Of a stretch of 64,000 nucleotides of DNA, positions 7,975 to 17,200 are shown piece after piece (the stretch's first letter is position 1; every line of letters starts with the position of its first letter). Where the stretch lies: the NCBI GenBank assembly GCA_965204535.1, contig CBDBEV010000001.1:640001-704000 (forward strand), written 5' to 3'. The notes beneath the pieces were generated by a model. That model was given only the letters and a program-made list of their open reading frames with translations, was not told where the DNA came from and did not search any database. The stretch comes from a bacterium (GTDB lineage Bacteria > UBA8248). A program made the translations under genes and the position numbers.

Positions 7975-9144
7975 TTAGCCCATGATTTCGGCAGCGATGC
8001 TCTTCGCGATCCGCTCCGCCGTCTCGCGCACCGATTCGCGCGACAGGTGAGCGTAGCGCGCCGTGGTCTCGACCTGGGCGTGGCCGAGCAGTTTCCCGAT
8101 CATCGGCAGGCTCTCGCCAAGCGCCAGCGCCCTGGATGCGAAGGAATGGCGCAGGTCGTGGAGCCGGACGTCTGAGAGACCCGCGCGCGTCCGGACGGTC
8201 TGCCAGGCGTCGTCGAGTTCGGTCATGTGCGTTCCCGGCCTCTTGCCGTGGATGACCCACAGATTGCCCTCGATGCGCGGGAGTTCCGCGAGGAGCTTCA
8301 CCGCCCGCGGCGAGAGCGGGACTACCCGCGCGCCCGTCTTGGCGTCGGGGAGCCTCAGTTCATTCTCCTCAAGCGCCACGTCCTCCCACCTTAATTTCAG
8401 TATCTCGTTCTTCCGGCACCCAGTCAGCATCAGGAGCCGGATGGCGGCCACCGCGGGCGCCGTGGCGCCTCCTCTTGTCCCGACCTCATCAAGCGTCTGC
8501 CCCAGGCGCGTGAATTCCTTGTCGGTCAGGAACCTCTCCCGCCTGCGCTCGGGGTGTTTGGTGATCGAGCGGCAAGGGTTCATTCCTTCCGGAACGAGTC
8601 CCCACTCACCGGCCAGGCGGTACATCAGGGAGAGGGTGCGGAGCGCCATGTTCGCGGCAACAGGCGTCGCGCACAGCCGCTGGTGCATCTCCGCGACCTG
8701 CGCGCGCTCGACCGCCGTGAGCGGCAGCTTCCCCAGGGCCGGCAGGATGTGCTTGCGGACCGCCGTGCGGACCGTCTCGAGGGTCTTCGGCTTGCACCGC
8801 ACCGCGGCGTATTCCGCGAGATACCTCCCGGCGAGTTCGGCCACGGTGGGGCCGCCGGCGGGCTTCTTCGGCTTGAGCGCCGCCTCATCGCCCGCCTTGA
8901 TCCGGGTGATGATCATGGCCGCCCTCTGGCGCGCCTGCTCGGCATGGACCACCCCGTACCGGCCGACCGCCACGCGCCTCGGTCCCTTGGGACCTCTTGC
9001 CTGGGCGACGTAGACCTTCGTCCCCGTGGGATAGACCCTGACGCCGAAGCCGGTGAGCTCCCTGTCCCAGAACACGGTCTCTTTCTCGGTATCGAGCTTG
9101 CCGACCATGCGGTTCGAGAGCGTCCTGTACTTGAGTTTCGCCAT
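7975..9144 (-). CDS. Tyrosine recombinase/integrase with N-terminal Arm DNA-binding domain
   Basis: FWDRELTGFGVRV arm domain; LTGCRKNEI, HDLRHSFAS, LLGH...TTARY catalytic residues. Confidence 0.92.
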   Translation of the reverse strand: MAKLKYRTLSNRMVGKLDTEKETVFWDRELTGFGVRVYPTGTKVYVAQARGPKGPRRVAVGRYGVVHAEQARQRAAMIITRIKAGDEAALKPKKPAGGPTVAELAGRYLAEYAAVRCKPKTLETVRTAVRKHILPALGKLPLTAVERAQVAEMHQRLCATPVAANMALRTLSLMYRLAGEWGLVPEGMNPCRSITKHPERRRERFLTDKEFTRLGQTLDEVGTRGGATAPAVAAIRLLMLTGCRKNEILKLRWEDVALEENELRLPDAKTGARVVPLSPRAVKLLAELPRIEGNLWVIHGKRPGTHMTELDDAWQTVRTRAGLSDVRLHDLRHSFASRALALGESLPMIGKLLGHAQVETTARYAHLSRESVRETAERIAKSIAAEIMG

Positions 9145-9170
9145 ATCCGATTCTTCCTCCTCGTCCTGAT

Positions 9171-10352
9171 TCACTCTTGAGCGGTCTGAGCGCCAAGGTG
9201 GGTTCCGATGCTGTCGCCCACCCGGGCGGCCGCCGCCTTCTCCGCGTCGCGCATCAGGTGCGCGTAGCGCGCCGTGGTCGATACCTTGGCGTGGCCGAGC
9301 AGCTTGCCGATCGCGGTGAGACCCTCGCCCAGCGCCAGCGCCCTTGATGCGTAGGAGTGCCTGAGATCGTGGATCCGCACGTCATCGAGACCGGCCCTGG
9401 CCCTGATGCGTTTCCAGTAGGAAGTGATATCCAGGGGACGACCCGCCCCGTTACGCCCGGGGAACACCCAGGGGTTTCCGGGTGAGCGCGCGATGCCGTC
9501 CAGCACACGCCTCGCGGGCGTCGTCAGGGGGACCATGCGCGGACCCGTCTTGGCGTCCCGGAGCCTGAGTTCCCCCGCCGTGTGGTCCACGTCGTCCCAG
9601 CGAAGGTTCAGTATCTCGCTCTTCCTGCACCCGGTCAGCATCAACAGCCTGATCGCGGCGAGCGCGGGCGGCCATACCGACCCGTCCGCCTCCGCGTCCC
9701 TGAGCGTCCCGCCCAGGCGGCGGAACTCCTCATCGCTCAGGAAGCGCTCGCGCCGGCGCATGCTGTAGGGCCGCACCGCGCGGCAGGGATTGTTCCCGGG
9801 AGGGAGCAGTTCCCACGTCTCGGCCAGCGAGAACATCTTGGAAAGGACGCCGAGCGAACTGTTGGCCATATCGGGCGTGTCGCAAAGACGGTGGTGCAGC
9901 GCCGAGACTTCCGCTCGCCCGACCTGTTCGATCTCCATTCCGCCCAGGGCAGGCAGGATGTGTTTCTCGATCAGGTACCGGTATGATGCAATGGTGCCCG
10001 GTTTCAGATGCGTCTCGACATGGTCCCGCATGAAGCGTTCGGCCAGGCCGGACACGGTGAGCGCAGGCTCGGGCGGCTTCGGTGTGGGAGACTCTCCGCG
10101 CTTGATGCGGTCGATGACGGGGACGGCGCGTTTTCTCGCCTCGTCGGTCGACAGCTCCCCGTGCCGGCCGATAGTCACGCGCTTAGGTCCCCCCGGCCCG
10201 CGGGTCTGTACCACGTAGACCTTGCGACCCGTGGGGTGGACACGCACGCCAAAGCCGGCAAGGTCCCGGTCCCAGAAGACGGCGTCCTTGCCTTCGACTT
10301 CGAGTGCGTCGACGGCGCGCTTGGTGAGTTTGAGTTCGCTTTTTTTGGGCAT
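9171..10352 (-). CDS. Tyrosine recombinase/integrase with N-terminal Arm DNA-binding domain (paralog of the neighbour)
   Basis: FWDRDLAGFGVRV; LTGCRKSEI, HDLRHSYAS, LLGH...TTARY. Confidence 0.92.
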   Translation of the reverse strand: MPKKSELKLTKRAVDALEVEGKDAVFWDRDLAGFGVRVHPTGRKVYVVQTRGPGGPKRVTIGRHGELSTDEARKRAVPVIDRIKRGESPTPKPPEPALTVSGLAERFMRDHVETHLKPGTIASYRYLIEKHILPALGGMEIEQVGRAEVSALHHRLCDTPDMANSSLGVLSKMFSLAETWELLPPGNNPCRAVRPYSMRRRERFLSDEEFRRLGGTLRDAEADGSVWPPALAAIRLLMLTGCRKSEILNLRWDDVDHTAGELRLRDAKTGPRMVPLTTPARRVLDGIARSPGNPWVFPGRNGAGRPLDITSYWKRIRARAGLDDVRIHDLRHSYASRALALGEGLTAIGKLLGHAKVSTTARYAHLMRDAEKAAAARVGDSIGTHLGAQTAQE

Positions 10353-10548
10353 GATTTCTCTCCGCCTATTCGTAATCAAAACGTATACGAATGGCGTATA
10401 ACTGGAGCGTATTTAAGCATAAATATGGCGAAAACACAAGGGGGAAAAGACAGGGAGAAAAAAGAAATACTTGAGTAAAAACAAATATTTATATTAAAAC
10501 TAGAGGGTCAGTCGCATCATAGTCGGTAAGGCGGAATTTCATCCCTGT

Positions 10549-10784
10549 CTACCCCCCCTTGTCAGGGGGGTATGAAAAGGCGATGCTCGCCGCCGGTAGA
10601 GGGGTTTTTGTTTTTTCTTGCCCCCCCTGACAAGGGGGGGGGTCCGTAGGGGCGGCCCCCTGTGGCCGCCCGCCGGTCGTATTCACCCCGATACAGCAAG
10701 GGCGCGAGGGCCACGGACAGGCACGGGGGCCTGTCCCTACGGCGAACAATCTCTAAGGGCGGACAGGACTTATCCAACAACCCC
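10549..10784. repeat. REP/MITE cluster A (left end truncated)
   Basis: CCCCCCCTTGTCAGGGGGG / CCCCCCCTGACAAGGGGGG pair, inverted GTAG-type REP pair (10646-10671, 10715-10740), terminal TCCAACAACCCC. Confidence 0.85.
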
Positions 10785-10791
10785 GTTCTCC

Positions 10792-10876
10792 CCGCCGGTT
10801 TCATCTGTTGACCTGACTATGCCTCTCCCGCATTATTCGGGAAGCTTGAAACAACTCCTGAGGATTTAATGACCAC
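10792..10876 (+). promoter_or_regulatory. Promoter/RBS/start block, copy 1 of a direct repeat
   Basis: TTGACC-N17-CATTAT (10808-10836), GAGGA, ATGACCAC; recurs at 12584-12669. Confidence 0.8.
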
Positions 10877-12608
10877 GGATGCGCCTGCCGCCGCCTCGAA
10901 GATCGAACACTGGCGCAGACGCATGAGCCTCGTGACCGGCTGCGTCCTTTTCCTCTTTCTCATCACGCATCTTGGAAATCATACGCTGGGTCTGGCCTCG
11001 CTCGCCGCGATGGACGCGGGCAGATACTGGTTTCTGGGATTCTGGCGGAGCGTTCCGGGTTCGGTGCTCTTTTACAGTTCGCTCATCCTGCACACGGTGC
11101 TCGCGATGTACGGCCTGTTCAATCGCCGCAGCCTCCGGATGCCGCTCTGGGAGGCGGCCCAGATCGTCCTGGGCCTGTCCATCCCCCTGTTCATGATCTC
11201 ACACGTCGTGGGCACGCGCCTGGCGCATGAGTGGTTCGGCACGATCGATACCTACGAGCGCCTGATGTACCTCTACTGGGAGCGCTCGCCGGACGTAGGC
11301 CTCAAGCAGTCGATTTTTCTGCTCATCGCCTGGACGCACGCCTGCGTGGGCCTCCACTACTGGCTGAGGCTCAAGCCCTGGTACCAGAAATGGTTCCCGG
11401 CGTGTCTGTCCGTCATGGTGCTGGTGGCGGCCCTCTCGCTGGCGGGCTTCAGTCAGGGCGGGCGCGAGGCGGCGAGGCTCTCGGCGGATGCGGAGTGGCG
11501 GCGCGGGATGCTCAGCCGCACCGGGATGCCGGATCGCGCCCAGAGGGGAGAACTCCACCTCGCGCGCGACGCGCTCTGGTGGGGCTACCTGGGCCTGGTC
11601 GCGCTGGTGTTCGCGGGGCGGGGAGCGCGCTCTGCGCGGGAGCGGATGCGGAAGACGTTCCGCGTCGCCTATGCGGGCGGGCGCGAGGCGGTCGCGCCGG
11701 TGGGCTCCACCGTGCTGGAGGCGAGCCGCGCCGCAGATATACCGCATGCCTCCGTATGCGGGGGGCGCGGGCGGTGCTCCACCTGCCGGGTGAAACTGCT
11801 GGGCGGTGTGGATGCCCTGCCGCCCGCACAGCCGGAAGAGCAGCGCGTTCTGGAGCGCATCAAGGCCGCGCCCGACGTTCGCCTGGCGTGCCAGTTGCGC
11901 CCGGGGGCGGACCTCTCGGTCCTGCTCCTGCTGCCCGCAGGCGCGGACGCGGCGCAGGGTTTCGCGCAACGCGGCTACACCGCAGGCCAGGAGCGCGGCG
12001 TGGCCGTCCTGTTCGCGGATTTGAGGGGCTTCACGCGCATCGCCGAGAGGAAACTCCCCTATGACGTCGTGTTCTTCCTCAATTGCTACTTCGACGTGAT
12101 GGGCGAGGCGATCACGAAGGAGGGGGGACTCATCAACCAGTTTGTGGGAGACGGCGTCATGGCGCTCTTCGGCGTCGAGGAGGGTCCCGAAGAAGGCTGC
12201 AGGCAGGCCCTCTCGGCGGCCTGCGCCATCGTGGACGCGATTGAGGAGATGAGCGAGACGCTCGCTGATGAACTCGAAGAGCCCCTCCGCGTCGGAATCG
12301 GCGTACACACCGGCCCCACCGTGGTGGGCCACATGGGCCGGGGCGTGGCGAAGTACCTCACGGCGGTGGGCGATACGGTGAACACGGCCAGCCGCTTACA
12401 GGACCTGACCAAGGAATACGGTTGCAGGCTCGTCATCTCCGCCCAGGTGGCCGAGCGCGCAGGGGCGGACGTCTCCGCTTTTCCCGCGCACCAGATCGAG
12501 GTGCGTAACCGCGCAGCACCCCTCACCATCCGCGCGGTCGAGAATCCACACGACGTGGTATTGGGCCGGGGGAACGATTCGCACCGCCGGTTTCATCTGT
12601 TGACCTGA
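10869..12608 (+). CDS. Class III nucleotide cyclase with His-containing membrane domain and 2Fe-2S ferredoxin domain (CyaC-like)
   Basis: Multiple TMs with His residues; CGGRGRCSTC...RLACQ; FADLRGFT, FVGDGVMALFG, GDTVNTASRL. Confidence 0.9.
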   Translation: MTTDAPAAASKIEHWRRRMSLVTGCVLFLFLITHLGNHTLGLASLAAMDAGRYWFLGFWRSVPGSVLFYSSLILHTVLAMYGLFNRRSLRMPLWEAAQIVLGLSIPLFMISHVVGTRLAHEWFGTIDTYERLMYLYWERSPDVGLKQSIFLLIAWTHACVGLHYWLRLKPWYQKWFPACLSVMVLVAALSLAGFSQGGREAARLSADAEWRRGMLSRTGMPDRAQRGELHLARDALWWGYLGLVALVFAGRGARSARERMRKTFRVAYAGGREAVAPVGSTVLEASRAADIPHASVCGGRGRCSTCRVKLLGGVDALPPAQPEEQRVLERIKAAPDVRLACQLRPGADLSVLLLLPAGADAAQGFAQRGYTAGQERGVAVLFADLRGFTRIAERKLPYDVVFFLNCYFDVMGEAITKEGGLINQFVGDGVMALFGVEEGPEEGCRQALSAACAIVDAIEEMSETLADELEEPLRVGIGVHTGPTVVGHMGRGVAKYLTAVGDTVNTASRLQDLTKEYGCRLVISAQVAERAGADVSAFPAHQIEVRNRAAPLTIRAVENPHDVVLGRGNDSHRRFHLLT

Positions 12609-12669
12609 TCGAAGCTCTCGCGCATTATTCGGGAGGCTTGGAACTACATCCGAGGAAATCCATGACCAC
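12584..12669 (+). promoter_or_regulatory. Promoter/RBS/start block of mqnC, copy 2 of the direct repeat
   Basis: TTGACC-N17-CATTAT (12600-12628), GAGGA, ATGACCAC. Confidence 0.8.
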
Positions 12670-13741
12670 AGCGACGACGGCGTTCTATGAGGCGATTGAG
12701 AAGGCGGCGGGAGGCGAGCGGCTGTCTTTCGAGGAGGGCCTCGCCCTGCTAGAAGGCGACGATCTCGTGGCGCTCGGCGCCGCGGCGGACGACGTTCGCG
12801 CACGACTGCATCCCGAGGGTATCGCCACCTACTGCGTGGACAGGAACATCAACTACACGAACGTGTGCGACGTCTACTGCACCTTCTGCGCGTTCTACCG
12901 CCCGCCGGGCGATCACCCCGAAGCCTATATCAGGACGCGCGATGAGATAAGGCAAAAGCTGGATGAACTCTACGCCGTGGGCGGCAGGCAGATCCTGCTC
13001 CAGGGGGGGCACCATCCCGACCTCCGAATCGAATGGTACGAGGAGCTTTTCTCCTGGATGAAGGGGGAGTTTCCCGATCTCCACCTCCACGCCCTGAGTC
13101 CGCCCGAGATTCACCACATCGCGAGGCTCGAGGACATGCCCTATGAGGTGGTCCTTACGCGCCTGAATGCGGCGGGTCTCGATTCGGTGCCGGGCGGCGG
13201 CGGGGAGATTCTCGTCGACCGCGTGCGGGAGAAGATATCGAGGCTCAAAGTCGACACGGAGGGCTGGCTCAAGGTCATGCGCGTCGCCCACAACCTGGGG
13301 ATTCGCTCCTCCGCCACGATGATGTTCGGCCACGTGGAGACGGATGCCGAACGGGTCGAGCACCTACACCGCCTGCGCGGGCTTCAGGACGAGACGGGCG
13401 GCTTCACGGCCTACATCTGCTGGACGTTCCAGAACGACGGCGCAGCACCCTTGAAGGCGCAGACGGTGGGCAGCAGCGAGTATTTGAGGATGCTGGCCAT
13501 CAGCCGCCTGTACCTGGACAACATTGCGAACTTCCAGTCCTCCTGGGTGACGCAGGGCATGAAGATAGGCGAGATATCGCTCCACTACGGCTGCAACGAC
13601 ATGGGTTCCACCATGCTGGAGGAAAACGTCGTGAGCGCCGCCGGCACCACGTATGCACTGAACGAGGACGACCTCCACCGCATGGCGCGAAACGCGGGCT
13701 TCACGCCCAGGCGGCGCAATTTCTTCTACGATCTGATCTGA
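12662..13741 (+). CDS. mqnC: Cyclic dehypoxanthinyl futalosine synthase (radical SAM, menaquinone futalosine pathway)
   Basis: DRNINYTNVCDVYCTFCAFYR, LLQGGHHP, PGGGGEIL, QSSWVTQG, GSTMLEENVV. Confidence 0.9.
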   Translation: MTTATTAFYEAIEKAAGGERLSFEEGLALLEGDDLVALGAAADDVRARLHPEGIATYCVDRNINYTNVCDVYCTFCAFYRPPGDHPEAYIRTRDEIRQKLDELYAVGGRQILLQGGHHPDLRIEWYEELFSWMKGEFPDLHLHALSPPEIHHIARLEDMPYEVVLTRLNAAGLDSVPGGGGEILVDRVREKISRLKVDTEGWLKVMRVAHNLGIRSSATMMFGHVETDAERVEHLHRLRGLQDETGGFTAYICWTFQNDGAAPLKAQTVGSSEYLRMLAISRLYLDNIANFQSSWVTQGMKIGEISLHYGCNDMGSTMLEENVVSAAGTTYALNEDDLHRMARNAGFTPRRRNFFYDLI

Positions 13742-13754
13742 CAACGCCTCTCCC

Positions 13755-15038
13755 GTGACGACGGAACCGCCCCGAACGCCACAGACGCAGAAGATGGAGC
13801 TTTGGCTGGCGGACCTGGTCTGTCCGGTGGACGGGCCGCCCATCCGGCGCGGCGCGATCCTGACTTCCGGGGGCCGCGTCCTGGCGGTGGGGGAGGAGGC
13901 CTTCGTTCGTCCGGCGGAACCCGTGGCCGAGGAGCGCGATTTCGGCCGCGCGATCCTGATTCCCGGCCTCGTGAACGCGCATACGCACCTCGAACTCTCG
14001 GGCCTCAAGCGCAAAGCCGGGCCGATGGAGGAGTGGATAGTCTCCCTCGTGCGCGAGATGCGAGGCTGGCCCGCGCACCTGTTTCTGGCTTCGGCCCAAA
14101 TCGGCGCCGCCGCGAGCCTGGCGGCGGGCGTCACCTGCGCCGGCGACGTCTCGACTTCTGGCGAGAGCGCCACGGCGATAGCGGGCGCCGGCATGCGCGG
14201 CGTGGTGTTCCACGAGGTGCTGGGGCTGGATCCGGCGCGAGCGGATGAGATTCTGGCGGAAAAAATGAAGGCCTGCGACCTTTTCCCGGAATACGAAGGC
14301 CCCGTACCGGGCGCCGTGCGGTACGGCCTGAGCCCCCATGCGCCCTATAGCGCATCGCTCGCCCTCTACCGGGCCGTACGGGAGGAGGCGCGGGCAAGAG
14401 GCTGGCCCGTGGCGACGCACCTGGGCGAGAGCGCGGAGGAGGTCGTATTCTTACAGGACGGCGGCGGCGCGCTCGCGAGAGTGCACCGGGCGCTGAACGG
14501 CTCCTTGGACGGCTTCAGGCCCTCGGGGCTTCGGCCCGCCGCCCATCTCGATCTCACCGGCGCGCTCGATGGCCTCACCCTCGCCGTTCACGCGAACCAG
14601 ACGAACAATGAGGACTGGGCGCTCTTGAGAAAGAACGGGGTGCGCGTTTGTCTCTGCCCGCGCTCGGCGCGTTTTTTCGGCCATCCCTTCGCCGATGCGG
14701 CGCGCATGCGCGAGGCGGGTCTCGATCTCTGTCTGGGAACGGACAGTCTGGCGAGCAGCCCCTCGCTTTCGCTTCTGGACGAGGCCCGCGCGCTTCGCGA
14801 GGCGGATGCGGAGGTCGCGGACGCCGAACTGCTCGAGATGTGCACACTCTCGGGCGCCAAGGCGCTCGGTTTCGAGGAGGTGGGCGTCCTGAAGCCGGGC
14901 GGCGCGGCCGATTTCTGCGTCGTCTGCCCGCCGCGCGGGGTGGGCGGTTTGCATCTGGGCGACGTGTTCGAGGAGGACGCGTTCGTCGTCTGCACCGTCA
15001 CGAACGGGGAGATACGCTACGAGGCGCCGGGCGTTTGA
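13755..15038 (+). CDS. Metal-dependent amidohydrolase, probable aminodeoxyfutalosine deaminase
   Basis: PGLVNAHTHLELS, SPHAPYS, THLGES, LGTDSLAS; directly after mqnC. Confidence 0.75.
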   Translation: MTTEPPRTPQTQKMELWLADLVCPVDGPPIRRGAILTSGGRVLAVGEEAFVRPAEPVAEERDFGRAILIPGLVNAHTHLELSGLKRKAGPMEEWIVSLVREMRGWPAHLFLASAQIGAAASLAAGVTCAGDVSTSGESATAIAGAGMRGVVFHEVLGLDPARADEILAEKMKACDLFPEYEGPVPGAVRYGLSPHAPYSASLALYRAVREEARARGWPVATHLGESAEEVVFLQDGGGALARVHRALNGSLDGFRPSGLRPAAHLDLTGALDGLTLAVHANQTNNEDWALLRKNGVRVCLCPRSARFFGHPFADAARMREAGLDLCLGTDSLASSPSLSLLDEARALREADAEVADAELLEMCTLSGAKALGFEEVGVLKPGGAADFCVVCPPRGVGGLHLGDVFEEDAFVVCTVTNGEIRYEAPGV

Positions 15039-15170
15039 GGCGGGTTTCGTCGCTCGCGCCCGTCCCCGGCATGCGCGCCGGGGTCCGGTGTGGTATAACC
15101 CCGAAAATTTCGCGTTCAGCATATCTTTTCACATACGAGGCGGTGTGCCTCTCAGGGAGAATGAGTATCC

Positions 15171-15776
15171 ATGGCGAGAAAACTGACGAATTTCGATAAT
15201 TCCAACTGGAAGACCCGCAAGGCCCGCTACGACGTGGCCGAGGCGGGCATCGGCCGCGTCCTGGCCATCCGCATGGCGCCCGGCGACGATCTGTTCGGCA
15301 CCACGCTCAAGATTTGCCAGGAAAAGGGCGTGAAGGCGGGCGTCATCCTGAGCGTGGCGGCGAGCCTGCAGAAGGCGGTGCTCAGAAACGTCTGGCAGTT
15401 CCCCAACCCGTTTCCCATCAACGACGAGTGCCGCATCTTCACGCCCATAGGCGGCCCGCTGGAACTCCTGCAGATGAGCGGCAACATCACCGAGACCGAG
15501 GCGGGAGAGCCCTACCTCCACGCCCACGTCACGATTTCGATGGGCCGGCCCGAGGCGACGTGCTTCGGCGGCCACCTCGTGGAGGGATGCACCATCTTCA
15601 GCACGTGCGAGATGGTGATCGCGGAGTTGTCGGACATCTCCTTCATGCGCCTGATGGACAAGCACACCCGCGTGGGCGAGGTCTTCGGCATCGAGACGAA
15701 CGGGAAATCGGGCGCCGCGATCAAAAAAGAGATCACCAAGCGCAAGGCGCGCCCCAAGCCCAAAGGCGTGCGTTAG
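15171..15776 (+). CDS. PPC/DUF296 domain protein
   Basis: IRMAPGDDL, ELLQMSGNI, PYLHAHVT, FGGHL. Confidence 0.85.
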   Translation: MARKLTNFDNSNWKTRKARYDVAEAGIGRVLAIRMAPGDDLFGTTLKICQEKGVKAGVILSVAASLQKAVLRNVWQFPNPFPINDECRIFTPIGGPLELLQMSGNITETEAGEPYLHAHVTISMGRPEATCFGGHLVEGCTIFSTCEMVIAELSDISFMRLMDKHTRVGEVFGIETNGKSGAAIKKEITKRKARPKPKGVR

Positions 15777-15805
15777 TTTTTGAGAGTTTTTTCAGTTCGC
15801 GCTTT

Positions 15806-15842
15806 GAGGGGCCGCTCCGCACGGGGCGGCCTCTTTTTTTTC
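15806..15842 (+). terminator. Intrinsic terminator
   Basis: GGCCGCTCCG...CGGGGCGGCC stem followed by a T tract. Confidence 0.75.
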
Positions 15843-15859
15843 GAGTGAGCTGTGCTGGA

Positions 15860-16245
15860 GGGGTTGTTGGTAAAAGTCCTCGTTGGGGGATATTGTCTTT
15901 AGCAGGAAGACCGCTTTCGCGCTAACCCCAATCTCCCTCGTCGAAAGGCAACCCCCCCTACCCCCCCTTGTCAGGGGGGCAAGAAAAAGCAAACCCCCCT
16001 CAGCTAAAATGGCGCGAGGATTCAGGTATGGCGGTGTCGGGGGCAAGAAAAAGCAAACCCCTCTCAGCCCGGCGGGGGCGAATCGTCTTTTTATACCCTC
16101 CTGTCAAGGGGGGGTAGGGGGGGTTGGTTTCAACAGGCGAGGGGGTAATCAAACCGATCGAATAGGAGCCGCCCCGTAGGGACAGGCTCCCGTGCCTGTC
16201 CGACACCCCGACGAAGGACAACTACGGAGGGTTGCCCCTGCAGGT
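15860..16245. repeat. REP/MITE cluster B
   Basis: GGGGTTGTTGGTAAAAG left end, C7TTGTCAG6 palindromic pair, internal direct repeat GGGGGCAAGAAAAAGCAAACCCC, GTAGGGACAGG REP. Confidence 0.85.
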
Positions 16246-16262
16246 TATCCCCCACCGCCGCG

Positions 16263-16814
16263 CTACAACCAGCGGCGCACGCTCTGGCAGTATTCGCCGT
16301 ATTCCTCGCCGAATTTCTCCGTGAGGTAATCCTCCTCGCGCGCGACGATAGCCACTTGCACCGTGGCGAGGAGCGGTGCGCCCAGAACGAATATCCACAG
16401 GTTGTTGAGGAAAATCCCGAGTCCCAGGTAGAGGCATATGTAGCCGAGATAGATGGGGTTGCGCGAGAAGCGGTAAGGGCCGTCGGTGATGAGGGCGTGC
16501 GCGGGCTTGTCCGTCTCGTGGTTCGTGCGGGCGTTTCTGTAGCAGACGAGGGAGGTCGAGTTCATCACGGCGCCTGCGAGAACAAGCCCCGCCCCGAGCG
16601 TGAAGCGTACGCTCTCCGGGAAGGCGTAGGTGGGGAACAGGGTGTCGAACCCCACGCCCATGATGAAGTACATGGCGAAATACCAGACCGGCTTGATGGG
16701 GATTTGGGGATGATCCTCCGGCGTCTCCCCCTGGGGTTCGGGGCTTTTGTCCTTCCAGGGCATGAGCTTGTTCGGATCGTCGAAATCCGTGAATCTCCTG
16801 AACCAGTCTTTCAT
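16263..16814 (-). CDS. Isoprenylcysteine carboxyl methyltransferase (ICMT/PEMT)-family membrane protein
   Basis: LITDGPYRFSRNPIYLG, REEDYL..KFGEEY..Y...VRRWL. Confidence 0.88.
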   Translation of the reverse strand: MKDWFRRFTDFDDPNKLMPWKDKSPEPQGETPEDHPQIPIKPVWYFAMYFIMGVGFDTLFPTYAFPESVRFTLGAGLVLAGAVMNSTSLVCYRNARTNHETDKPAHALITDGPYRFSRNPIYLGYICLYLGLGIFLNNLWIFVLGAPLLATVQVAIVAREEDYLTEKFGEEYGEYCQSVRRWL

Positions 16815-16824
16815 AGGGGGGTCT

Positions 16825-17097
16825 CTAGGTATCACTCTGGTTGCGGGAAGCCTTGTAGCGCTGGTTCATGCTCTGGGCGACCCCCGCCATGACGGCGGCG
16901 GTCAGGTCGAATGCGGCGTCGAGCGTCTCCTCGGAGAGGCCCGCTTTCCCGGCGTCCGCCAGGCGGCGGTCCACTCACGGCTGGCAGTTGCGCACGATGG
17001 CGACGGCCAGGCCCATGAGGATTTTCTCGCGGTCGGTGAGCAGGTCCACGTTGTGGGCGTCGCGGTAGAACTGGCGAAAATCGGCGCGCTCGGTCAT
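16825..17097 (-). CDS. Probable selenoprotein, CMD/AhpD family (CQPU), 90 aa
   Basis: MTERADFRQFYRDAHNVDLLTDREKILMGLAVAIVRNCQP-TGA(16975-16977)-VDRRLADAGKAGLSEETLDAAFDLTAAVMAG...; SECIS-like hairpin after TGA; GAGGAG RBS. Confidence 0.82.
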
Positions 17098-17200
17098 ATT
17101 CTCTCTCCTCGGGTGGCGAACGGCGGAATCGGTGGATTATAAGGGGGCGTATGCGCATTCTCAAACATTCTCGGACTTCTAGCGCCTTGTATCAAAAAGG

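Noticed and set aside
16747-17164. Track ORFs 16832-17164, 16747-17142 and 16868-17068
   Set aside because: Shadow frames of the CQPU selenoprotein gene, with no recognisable motifs
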